Below, in pieces: positions 52,101 through 64,000 of a stretch of 64,000 nucleotides of DNA. This DNA comes from Ruditapes philippinarum (taxonomy: Eukaryota). Under the pieces are notes generated by a model. The model was not told the DNA's origin and searched no databases. It was given only the letters and a program-made list of their open reading frames with translations. Location of the stretch: assembly GCF_026571515.1 (NCBI RefSeq), contig NW_026866180.1, positions 186,001-250,000 on the forward strand. Reading direction: 5' to 3'. Position 1 is the stretch's first letter. The number at the start of each line of letters is the position of its first letter. Made by a program: the position numbers and the translations under genes.

Positions 52101-54869
52101 ATGATGTATAAACTCCCTAACTTAGTGAATGAAATTGCCGAGCTTCTTGGACAACTTGATATCTTCTACATAAACGACATCATGAAGTTTGACTTTGAAT
52201 TATCTGAGTTAGAGTGGCAAAATAAAATGGAGCTTGGAAATGGAAGATTTGCCAAAGTGTACAAGTCAAAACTTACAAGAAATAACAGACCAATTGCAAT
52301 AAAGGTATGTATTTGGTTATACTTTATTGAGTTACTTGTGAAATATAACAACAAACATCAACAAGGCAGAGCGACGCTCATTGACAGCAGCACGTATTCA
52401 AGTCACAATTGCCCACCGAAAAACGCATCCAGCAAGGCAACAAACAAGGGCAAATATAGTGAACTTAGAGGGGCGAATAAATATATACTACCAATAGTTA
52501 AATATGAAAGGTGTTGAAACACTTTTTCATTAATGAATTTTGATGCTTGTTCCGTCAGAATATTAAGACAATCATTTTGCACCTTTCAGAATTTACTTTT
52601 AGTATTGATGTTGCAATTGTTATAATAGATAATAAATATTACGAAGAGATATTCAGTAATAAAAACTGATCTTGAATGTTTTTTGTAGGTTGCAACTGAT
52701 GTAGTCGACCAATCAAATGTCAGGCAAATCCTCAACGAGGACAGAATCATGAGGTGAAACACTTTTGTACGCATTTAAAATAAAAAAAGTTCTGTACTCG
52801 TCAAGTGTTTCTGAAATGTAAACGTAAAAGACAGCAAAGTCAAAACTGGTTTCGAATGTGCTGTCTTGATTTTAACCATGAGATTTAAGAAAATTATTTG
52901 TATTTTTTTCACCCGTATATCTGACAACGGAACAAAAGTTGTCCAATATAGTTTTTATCTATTAAAATTTGGTGCGGCATTACATGTCTCAAAATAATTT
53001 TAATCAACTATCCTCTTTTCTTGTGTATATCACTAAGAAGTATAGAATTAAGATGAAGATTTTCCCCCCATAATTTCAGGGATTTGAAACATGCTAACAT
53101 CGTCAGGTACTACGGTGCGTCCTATATTAAAACAAAGAGAGGTTTACAATGGATAATAGTGATGGAGCTATGTCAGACAACTCTCAAACAAATATATACT
53201 GGTAAATTGTATTCATTATCAAGTAAATAAAAACAAAAGTTACAGCTTTGAATCGAAGACAGAACAAAAGACTTATCCGTATGGATTCAGTGTAAACAAT
53301 TTAATAAGTTTAGACTTGATTCCACGATTCAAATATAATCAGTATTCTCAAAATGTGTTCTCAATGCTTACTAACATATTTATTTGACATATATGACATT
53401 TTATCATCCTTAGTTGCTTCAAATACAATAAGGAATTGATATGATTTTTGACCTTGGAAAATAAGCTTAATAGAGTACGATATCTATTTGATAAAAAATA
53501 TGTTGGACTCTAAACATGCGAACGAGGCTATATGAGGTGAGATATGCATTTAAAATGAATGTTTTGTTCTCTGGAAATGGAAACAAATGTTACTTTTTTG
53601 GTTGTAATATGCATATAGACGTGGATACGATAATGATTTCTATTGGATCATCTCATCGTTCAAACGCTGAAAGTACATTGGTTTTTAAGGTGTGAAATAA
53701 TGTTTTAAGTTTACTACTATAAATCAATTTTAGTATTTATTAAACTATCACATAAAACATGTTAAAAGATAATATAAAAGAAGTTAATCAATAACAGGAA
53801 GCGAAAGAGATGAGCGCATTATTCCTGGTTGCTTAGGTACTGACCACCCACGATTTGCTGAGGCAGCCAAGTATATGCTTGACCACGCCATCCAGATTTG
53901 TACTGGCCTGGATTACATTCATGGAAAAGGATACACCCACAGAGATATGAAACTAGAAAACGTTTTGGTAAATACATACTGCATAGTTTGGCCCAAGGTT
54001 AAGTTTGAATTTTTGGACTTGCGAGCTTTTTGATCCTACGGGCTTTATAAATTATATCATTAAGAGTTTAAACTCAAACAGCAAGTTTTAGATTTATCTA
54101 CATGAAGATCATAATATAAGTTTGTTATTTGTTATCTCGATGCTCAAATTACAAATACCTTCAGTTGTAGAATAGTAAGAATGCAAATGATTCGAAAATG
54201 TTTTTAAACATTATTTTACTATTTTATTTAGTTTATACAAATTTATTTTAGTTCGATTGTGTTGGAAGCTATAAGCTTATTGAAACAATCTCGAATCCGT
54301 TCCTGGAACCAACCAGTACTAAGCAATGCATGTAAAGTTTCTTGCTCAAGGAAACTGTTTTATTTCATTCAGTGATGCCATTAATGTATTGGAAAATTAA
54401 ATAAATACGTTTACATATGTTTCTTATAATCTTGGAAATAATTTTACAGTTGGCAGAGGGAAATGTTTTAAAGATTACAGATGTCGGCGCCACCAGGGTT
54501 ACACAGATGCTTTGTGGTTCCCTGGCTTATATGGCACCGGAAGTGCTGCTGTCGAGAAAGATCCAAACAAACAAGATTGACATTTACAGTTTTTCTCTCA
54601 TATTCTGGGAAATGTGGTTTGGGAAGGATGTAGCTGACGAAATCAACAAAGGTTTACTCGGGTATGGTTGTCATGGAAATGCAGTGGAATTACTCAAATC
54701 TCAGATTGCAAGGACATATGGTTGGCGGCCACCATTGAGTTCACCAAAACGTCCTCCAAAAATACTTACTGGTGTATTAAACAGGGGATGGGCTTCCGAT
54801 CCGGAAGACAGGCCAAGTGCAAATGAGTTTGGAAACACTTTAAAACTGTTTCTGAAGAACAACCTCTAA
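52101..54869 (+). CDS. Copy D, 3' half: intact protein kinase exons; either a stand-alone 326-aa kinase or the undecayed part of a pseudogene
   Basis: Exons 52101(ATG)-52304, 52689-52753, 53080-53201, 53798-53967 and 54450-54869 splice in frame (981 nt, no stops). Motifs: ELGNGRFAKVY, IAIK, HRDMKLENVL, DVG, YMAPE. There is an in-frame 4-aa deletion in the activation segment. Confidence 0.6.
54225..54357 (-). mobile_element. 5'-truncated CORE-type SINE
   Basis: The reverse complement reads GTTTCCTTGAGCAAGAAACTTTAC...CATTGCTTAGTACTGGTTGGTTCCAGGAACGGATTCGAG...ACAATCGAACTAAAATAAA, a CORE-like domain plus an A-rich tail. It is absent from intron 16 of copies A and C. Confidence 0.75.
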
Positions 54870-55673
54870 CAAAGCATATAGACTATACAAAATTTTAAAG
54901 CTTACCATTATCTCAGCTGAAGAGATTTATGTGATTATATATATGGATAGAACTACTATCATGATAGGCTATAAAGTGTTTCAGAAAGCTAATAATGTAA
55001 TTCAAAATCAAAGCAAATTGCACAATGTTATTCATTAATCATCAACACAATTTCCTTTATCATCCAAACTATTATATTGGCATCAGTTCATGTATTAGCT
55101 TATGATGTTGAAGTATAAACTTCGCAGTTTAACAATCAGTGAACATAATAAATCAATGAGTTTTTCTACAATTACTGTTTACACATTATTTAAACGTTCA
55201 TGTGCTCAGTTATTAACCAGTAAACAACATTAGTTATATTTAAAGTTATAATTTAGTTTCTTGTCTACAGTAAGTATCTGAACTGTGCCCCTAGTTCTGT
55301 TTTAATCTAATTTTGTCCCCCCCCCTCCCCGACCTAAATTTAATATATTGATGATCCATTCGTTTAGCCATTTCACAATTCTGGCCTAAACAATGACATT
55401 ACAATAAAGAGTTCTTGAACTTGAGTTCTCAGACCACATTTGCATGATACCCATACTGCTACTTATACCACGGCAATTATTGAATAGCCATGTTGTTGGC
55501 TATAAAATACATCTGGTTCTCATTATTTTAATATGACGATTACACATAACAATAATTTCACAATGTGATATTCTTTATTTAGCAGTGAACACTGTTTTCC
55601 AGGTTCCATTTGGAAGACAATAACTTATACGAATTTAGGAATCATACCATTGGCAATGAGAGGGACATACCTT

Positions 55674-55907
55674 AACCGCCGTATGAACATAACCGCCGTG
55701 TGAACACATCTGCGGATGTTTCTAAATTCAAAATTTTACTATTTCACGTTTAAATGTTGAATTCTGCTTAAGCCGGTGCTAGGGGGCGTGGACGGTAACT
55801 TGCACTTTCCAGTACCGTCCATGAACAGGCTCAATCAAACCGAGCCTGCAACATTTTTAATTTTGGCGTGTTGGGCTTTCTTTAGGGATTCTGTATTTAT
55901 CTATTTT
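55674..55907. mobile_element. Multi-hairpin interspersed repeat in the 3' flank of copy D
   Basis: Near-identical to 35545-35761, with a short internal duplication of AACCGCCGT(A/G)TGAACA at its left end. Confidence 0.8.
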
Positions 55908-58824
55908 AATTTAATAATCTAATTAAGGCGCATGCCTTTAGTATAGATATAAGTTGTTATGCAGACATAAAGTCGCTAATGTAATTATTATTCGTTGCTA
56001 AATTATAATTAATTCAATTATGAATTATATATATGACTAATGAATCGATTATTTAGAGTTATACTTCCAATATTTACTTTTTCCCTAATCTTATGATTCG
56101 TTTTATTCTATTCTGTTAATTGATCAATTATATTTGGTTTATATAACAACTCAAATTCTTATGTATCTTTTCAATAATTATATTATTATTATTATTATTA
56201 TTTTATTTAATGCTTGAAATAACAAAGGAGATATCATTTTGTTTCATTTAGTCTACAGTTAAGTCAAGCTTTAAGTCAACTGGACAGCAAATGTTTATAA
56301 TCATCAATATAATCATTTTATAATACACCTATCACTCCATTGTTAAAGATCTGTTTTATAATAGTTGTTGCAAAAGTTGATATAGACTAAATGTGCGATG
56401 AAAGCTACAATTTTACGGCTAATTTCAATTTATGACATATTATAACTCAATGCTGATAATTTGTCATTCGTTTTGTATTATGTTTTATTAATAAGTGGTT
56501 TTACATGAAATACTCAACCCAAAGGTTTTTAACATATTTTGTTTGTACCCAATGATCATTTATACACTATGTTTTTACACTGTTAAAATTATATTGTTTT
56601 GTTTGCGTGTTGGTGTGTTATTCTATAGATAAATCACATTGAATCAATATATGCATTCCTCTTTTGTGTGTTACCCGTTCTTATATACAATGTTTGATCT
56701 AGAATAAGAACCAAATTTGAGAATTGTGAACTCATTTGTTGCAAGTTATCATTCAAACGGTCAAACAAATGGGATAAGAATTGGAGATGGGAGAAAAAGT
56801 AATTGGTGGATATTCGGTTTGATGGAGTCTAATCATGTATGAATGACACTATCATTCACACCCCTCGCACCGGCTTAGGACTTTACATCATTATTTAGAA
56901 TTTTTAATCATCCTCTGATAGAAGTATATGTCAAGTAATATGTGACTCTTTTGAGCCATAGACCAATATATCCTATAATTGCATGCGCTTTAATGAAGTT
57001 TTTACAAATTTGTTCTGTTACTTGCTCAATATAAGTAGTGTAATATTGAAATATGATCAATTTACATGAACAAATCAATGAAAAGTGATTTGAATTTCAA
57101 ACTTTTTGCATTTATGCTTTATTGTTATATAATTTATAAAATTATCACAATTCTGTGTTTGAGCAGATTAAAAACTTAGAAGACCGACGGTTTAAAAAAT
57201 ATATCAATAAAAGTTTTGTCGTTTTTGGTGTACTTTATATTTAGGAACATGTACTTTTCAAAACACAATATCTTATTGATTATTGGCATCCCTACTCAAA
57301 CCTTTGACTCCAACTTAAGGTAAAGTAACATAAATCAGACAACATGACGACTAGAATTGTAACTTAGGAAAATTTGTTGTAATATCATCTCTAATTTATA
57401 CTGTTGATTTATATACGACTGCGTGAAATTTCAGTTTATATACACATGAACAAAACAGTATCGCAGTACCTCAAATGTTTCATATGTCATTCGTTAACAT
57501 TCGTTAAGTTAAAAACAAAAGCTGAACAACATCCACTCAGAATAAAAAGTAGTTCCTCATTCTAGAGTATTGTTACATTTAGATAACTCATCATTAAAAT
57601 ATTTTGCAAGGTTGTTACATGTAAAAGGTTTTGAAAATTGAAAAACCATGCATTGTCATTTGAAAGAAATATTCAAAACTTATGAAAAGAAATTGTTCAT
57701 TCATAAAATCATTGTGTATACCTACGCATCAAACTTCGTATCCACGCATGCGCATGCAAGCATGAATGAATTACGACTAGACGTCGTAAATATAGAAAAA
57801 ATTGTCATACTTTGTACAATAGATATGTCCAAATATACAAAATTTACATTTAGTCAAATAAGTTAACCTTATTTACACGTGCGCATAATTTTTTTCTTTT
57901 TCCAAAATACTTCACAAAACGAGCATGTATATGGAAATCCGTAACAAAAATCTAGGTTATACATTTTTTATTAAATGTTTATACAGTGTAAGTACAGCTT
58001 GAGCATAAATGATACACGAGAAGGGGGATCATATTGTCAAATATTTTATTACATAACTGTTGGTTAACATTGTCCCATTGTGCAAATCGTTGCACTTTAC
58101 ATCTCATAAATATATCTGATGCGAAGTATATTTCCTTATTATTTGATTATTTGAAATTATAAGTTTTCTTTATTTGAATATAAGTTTTGAAATAATATTT
58201 GTTATCTTAATGTTTTCAAATAGCTAAACAGATTGCAACATAATGCATTGTATCGTATTTTCTTTCTTATTAAGGCTATTAAAGTACACTTATGAAATTC
58301 TATACGACGCCGTGAAATCAATAAGCACTGACAGACGACATTTAGAGTATTGTTTTGTGCGTTCTTTTTGTATAGCATTATCCAATAAAAAAGCCCGTAT
58401 CAACTACTGTGTAAAATTTTAAATCAGGAAGTGCAAACGAAATAATTCAAACTTTTCTTATTCAAAGTTGATATTTTGGAATTTAAGGAAATAAATAATA
58501 TGATTTATTCAAAATAAATCAGAATATTTTAACTAGTGCCTAAATTGGATTTTTTTATCTTTATGGAATAAAAGAAAAAAGGTAGTATTGATTTAAAGCT
58601 GCTTGCACGTAGTTTGTGTGCAATTTTTTAACATTTTCGGTTATATATATAACATTTGATTGACAAAACATTCAAAGCGTGACGATATTAAAGTAAAGTA
58701 TTGCTGTACGAGTTAGGATCAGGTGAGGTAAAGATATTCTCATTTTGGAAATAATTTACAAGGCAATGTTGATTATAACATAAAAGCGTTATATACAGGA
58801 ATTACCACATTGACCAACGATTCA

Positions 58825-58985
58825 TGTTGAATTCTGCTTAACCCGGTGCTAGGGGGGGGGGGGGGGCGTGGACGTAGTTTGCACTTGACAGTACCGTCCA
58901 TGAACCTGCTCGATCAAACAGAGTCTGCAACATTTTCAATTTTGCCGTGTTAGGCTTTCTTTCGGGATTCTTATTTTCTCTATTT
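58825..58985. mobile_element. Truncated multi-hairpin repeat upstream of copy E
   Basis: ATGTTGAATTCTGCTTAACCCGGTGCTAG(G)nCGTGGACG...GTACCGTCCATGAAC...GGGATTCTTATTTTCTCTATTT. Confidence 0.75.
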
Positions 58986-59423
58986 CATAATTTTATGCCT
59001 TACTCGCTTTATCTCATGTTCATATTCTTTCTTTAATTTATCAAGATATTTATCAAAATTCAAGTCATTTGCGTTACATCGCCAGCCACTTACCACACAA
59101 ATACGGTGACACAAGCATGATAATGTATTTCTCCTTTCTTGCAATTACTATTATTCAAGAATATACCTACTCTTGGGAAAGATTTACTCTAAGTTTGTGC
59201 TAAATTATTTGATAATTATTTTCATGACAATTTTGAATTTTAGAAATTTAAGGTAATGACGTATGTAATATGTTCTCTAGGATAAAGGATAAAAGTCAAA
59301 TAAGTGTATGATTATTTTTAAAATATACTTGTTTTTCTCTCTCGAAACAATACGTTATCTCCCTCTTCTTGTATTTTATGACTCTAGAACAATACCTGCG
59401 TTGACTAAACGAAAACGGCAGAT

Positions 59424-62400
59424 ATGGCTGACAAAGATGGACATCATCATCATAACAATGTACGCCAAGTTCCTCGCGTTCAATGCGAAGAGGATATACT
59501 GCAATTAAAGATGCAACAGATGAGGATTCTAGCGAAAGATTGGGATGTGGATTTATCAGGTTTGACAGGGGCAGATGGCATGCATGACAGACTTATTAAA
59601 TTCTGGATAGACCGGCAAGAAGGAACAAATAGTGGCACGGTATTGCTTGTTTGTATCTTTCGTCATGTTATTAGTTATTATTATATAATATTAATAATAA
59701 GACCATGTGCGATTTAAAATGACCGGAACTCGACAATAAGAATAACGCATTTGACAAAAATCAAAATGCAATATACATCAATTGATACAAAGGGAGATTT
59801 ATTCCTTCATTTTGAAGCAAAGTATAATATAGTACCATAAAATTTATATTATTATACTATAAATTTAAATATGATCTAGGGATCTTCGTAAACCACCAAA
59901 AACATAGCAAACTAAAAATGATAAAATCAACTACAAAATAATAATATACTAATATAATGTGAACTTTATACTTTACTTTTAATGAAACTTTTATACTTAC
60001 TTTAATGAAACTTTATACTTGAATATAAATATTCTATATCTTCTGAAGCACATAGGACCATCTACCCTTATCTTACCACTATAAAGCTATATGTTACAAA
60101 AAAACATAAGATATCTACAAATTACATATATAAAGTAAGATATATATAGTGTATTGTCTCATTTAACAACGATTGTTTTCTGAAGAGTACACATATCCTG
60201 GTTCGTTATAATGACCCAGTTACACTATCCAATAGGAAGAGATTGTCGTACATGCGTCTCAATAATATTTCAACATCATCTATATTATACAAGACTGTTA
60301 CAAATATCTTGTATAATTATTACACGATTGCAGATATACTTGTATGACTTGGAAACCATTTGAACTGTAGGACAGATACTTGTCTTTCTTCCCAGAATGA
60401 CAAGACAAAAAACACATACCCCTTGCAACATTTACAAGGAGCCCTATTTCCCCGGAATGAAACCATTTCTCGCGATTATACGGAACCACGATTCAGAGTG
60501 CAGACGGTTTGATTCTCGATTCGTCGTGGACGTTTTTAGACTCGTTTTGTTGTCACCATTTTTGATATCTAATATAAAGAAAAGACATTTTCTAAGCAAC
60601 CTAGCGATTCATTAAGAAATTGTCGTGGCTATGGTTTTGTTAGAATTAGTACATTAAGTACCCGGGTATCTTAAATATGTTGAGATGAAATTTATTCCTA
60701 TAACTGTTTGATGTAAAGTTACTTTTTTGGAAAAGAACAAACAGAAATCGGTCAAATATGTACAGTGTTTCATATTATTAAGTTTCAATCAATTATTTTC
60801 TTTTATTTATTTATTAAAGATTTATTTCTCAATGTATGCTCTGTGAAGACATGCCTGAATGTAAATCTATTATGTAATTTAAAGTACATGTATGTTCAAT
60901 CATTTGCGACACTTTAGTCTGCCCATCAGAAATATTGGGTTACAAACATAACAATTAACGTCGCGTTAAACAAGTATCAATTTCAAGTTTTCAACAGTAT
61001 GCATGACAGACGAAAACACGTGTTATGTAAACGTGATATTTTTCCATTTAAGAATTTAATGAAATTCAAGTCACGATTAAGGAAACTGTATTAAATCTGG
61101 CAATGAGAAGTGAAATCACATCTTTATCTGATAATGTATCAACATAAATAATAAAGTTATAAAAATAAAATAAAATGCTCAATAAAATTTATGTTTACCC
61201 TCCATTTATTAAAAACTAAGATCATTATAAATCATTGTGAATGAGTTATGAAGTTCTTACTAAAATACGCTAATGGAATATCTATATCAAAATATAAAAT
61301 ATCAAAGTAAAATATGAAGACGCTAATAACATATCAATTGAGTTGAAATTTGATAGTTGTTAGGTGTTGTTAACCGAATTATTGCGCAAGTTTAATCAAG
61401 TAATTAAAATATTACAAATAAGAGCATGATAAAATGACGCGCGACAAATTATTGCACCGTGAAAACATAAAAAATCCGAATTACCCCAGACTTGTCAATA
61501 ATTGGATAAATTACGTAAATCTCGTTTATTGACATGACATAGTCACACTTCAATGATCGAAGTTAAACAGTATTTACAGAGTAACTACATGAGAGAGGCA
61601 CAAACTTTACCATACACAGACTACATCTGCTTGTCTTTAATTTCTTTGACATGAGGTTGTACAAGATGCATATGATTTTGCATCAAATTATCTTATGCTT
61701 TCTATAGACAGAGTCGGTTGATCTTGCAAGCGCATTCCAAGAACACAAGAAGACACGAAAATCTCTTTACGAAAAGTATAAGAAAGCGGAGAAACTGTAT
61801 GAGAATTTTACAAGAAAAATACAATCCAACCTAGAAGAATCCCACCATGGTAAATCAAAATTTCATACAAGTTCTTTCCTTTACTTCGAGAATAGGTAGG
61901 ACTAGGTCAACTACCGGGTACTTTCTTAACAACAGCCAACTTTCAAAATTTGTCAAAATTCAAAATGTTCCTTCACTTCCACTTTACTTTCCTGTAGTAT
62001 ATTTATATGCGTTATTTGGAATTATACGCATCTTTTTATGGAATGAAAAGAAAAAGTTACATTGAAGGTTCCACATTACCGTATGAACTTAACTATTGAT
62101 GTTTCTTAATTCAAAATATCAGCACTTTCAACTTAAAATGTTTAATTGTACATTAAATCATTTACATCGACCTCATTTTTTTCCACTGCCAATTTTCCCT
62201 TAATTATCTATATATTTCAAAAGGTTGACCGTTATAAAACAGCAATTAATAATTACATACATATGTGTCGTATAGTATATATAATATATATAATCTGTTT
62301 AAATGTAAAGAGATTGACGTACTCTTTCTATGAAATTGAACTGTACCGATATGTTCTTATTTTTTTTATTCCAAAGTATAAATATGAAATCTAACCTACC

Positions 62401-63560
62401 GGTAACATTTTGTATTAAACTTGTTTGCTCACGATTTACATTAAGATAAGAATAACTTCACATTAAGGCTATTATTTATTTTAGTGTGCTAGCAAACCTA
62501 TAGGTAGTATTGTTGATAACGTAAAACATATTAACACTGGTTCATTCAATTGTTTTTAATACATCAATATTTTTTCAATGTCCATCAATTAAGGCGTGCG
62601 CACAAATTTGACTGAAAGAAAAGACTCGTTAAAGTCGGGCGAATGTACGATAGTTATAGCTGGAGAGGTTGGTGCCGGCAAAACAAGTCTTCTGAACTTG
62701 ATTCTAGAGACACAGATCTTCCCAGTCGATTCACTCAAGTGTACCAACACTATTCTTGAAATACGAAGCAGTGATAACGAAGAAGCTGTTTTCTACTGCA
62801 AACCAAAGATATCAGACAATGGGAAAAAAGTCAGAATTCCTCCAAAATTGATCAGCCTAAGTATGATTCACATATATCACAAAGTGTCTTAAAAGACATA
62901 AAAAATATCACTTTATTAATTCATTTCCATACAGATAAGAGAAGATTAGTCCCATATATGTGTCCTATAACATACTTTGGTACCAGAATCTTTTTTTTAA
63001 TCAAGTGTTTCGTACGAACGCAAAATAAACTTTTCCAAACCGACCGCTTTGAATTGGAATATATGCCATACACATGATTTCCAAATGCATGTATGGTCTT
63101 TATGTTGCATAAATCACGCAAGCAGAGATTGTAAAAATGAAGAAATGATAGGAATGATATTCTGTATAATAAATAGATAAATTCGCACAACAATACCGAT
63201 TGGTTCGATGTTGTTATTCTACACATGCTAAGATAAGTGCTAAACAATGATTAACCATTCCTGCATGAAAAGAACTTTACCGGCATTTGTTCGTGTACAT
63301 CATCTTTTGTATTTATTAGTAGTTAAAGCTCTTTGACCGTCAGTTTCTCAAAGTTCTATTTATAAGACTGGCAATTAAGGAACAAATAAAATGTGAAAAT
63401 GCTCAAGTTAACATACTACATAGATGCATATATTTATACGTATGTTTCAGAGAGTCAGGATGGAATTAAACAGTTCAAAGACTGCGTGGCGGAGTGTGAT
63501 CAATCAGAAGACAACCCTTATGAGCGATGTGAAGTGTCTTACCCATTCAAAACACTCAGT
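59424..63560 (+). CDS. Copy E (5' part, exons 1-4; continues beyond the window), the most divergent paralogue of the GTPase-kinase fusion gene
   Basis: Exons 59424-59639 (MADKDGHHHH...VQCEEDILQLKMQQMRILAKDWDVDLSGL...DRLIKFW), 61708-61849, 62594-62860 ([17 protein letters not shown]) and 63451-63560. All introns are GT-AG with the same phases as copy C, and there are no stops. Confidence 0.88.
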
Positions 63561-64000
63561 GTATGTATATGCTATACTCAATAATCCTTACATTATTCCA
63601 ACCATTGCAAACGTGCAAGAAAGTACATGTATATCTTCCAAAATTCATCATAAATATTAAGAATGTGAATTGACTTAGTAGCTCGTCTAATCAAAATGAT
63701 TTTAATGTAAATACCAATCAAGAAAAGCATTCATATTAAAATAGATAAAAAAAAACCTTAACGAACGCCCAATACAGTAAAATTAATGCTGCATGTCCGG
63801 CCTTTTCATGACCGCCAGTGGCCAATACAAACATTATCAGTGTAACATGACATTTAATGACCCTGTTGGATTACTATCGAAATTTGATTTCCGCATTTAA
63901 CTATATTAATATCATTCACATTGCAACTTTTTTGGTCACATCGTTACTGTTCAGGTCGTATGCCGTCTTGTAAGCTTAGATTTTAGGGTAACACCTTCTT

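Noticed and set aside
576-52354. Recurrent minus-strand ORFs (576-821, 15277-15579, 33755-34066, 52166-52354, 12888-13265, 29768-30082)
   Set aside because: These are antisense shadows of the conserved + strand exons. They recur only because the exons are duplicated.
535-63660. Treating ORF-track entries as separate small genes (for example 2682-3146, 26152-26454, 33783-34124)
   Set aside because: They are single exons read into flanking introns. Similarity between paralogues stops at GT-AG boundaries, and the exons splice into one long CDS.
1-64000. Prokaryotic defence island, CRISPR array or horizontally acquired operon
   Set aside because: Spliceosomal introns, SINEs and microsatellites show this is animal DNA, and there are no regularly spaced direct repeats with spacers.

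Overview
This is AT-rich eukaryotic genomic DNA. The repeat content (tRNA-derived SINEs with CORE- and V-like domains, a Penelope-like fragment) suggests a mollusc, probably a bivalve; this is inference. Almost the whole window is one head-to-tail array on the + strand of five paralogues of a gene with 17 coding exons. Copy A is the 3' part only (457-3146), B is 7495-18109, C is 23084-38330, D is 43714-54869 and E is the 5' part only (from 59424). Splicing copy C by hand at GT-AG sites gives an uninterrupted 3060-nt CDS (1019 aa). Its architecture is a small N-terminal SAP/HeH-like helical domain, a bacterial-dynamin/mitofusin-type GTPase (G1 [10 protein letters not shown]2 PVDSLKCT, G3 DTPG, G4 NKWE), a long helical stalk, and a C-terminal protein kinase with DVG in place of DFG. 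It is therefore a DSTYK/Dusty-like dynamin-GTPase-kinase fusion. The paralogues have degenerated in complementary ways. C keeps the GTPase motifs but is a predicted pseudokinase (HRNMKLEK). D has a destroyed GTPase/stalk half but an intact kinase half with its own in-frame ATG. B has a G3 Gly-to-Cys change. Parts of B are homopolymer-garbled and look like unpolished assembly. Introns and spacers carry SINEs, a multi-hairpin repeat family, a Penelope-like 3' fragment, palindromes and microsatellites, and there is one N gap. All exon coordinates were read by eye and no database search was run.
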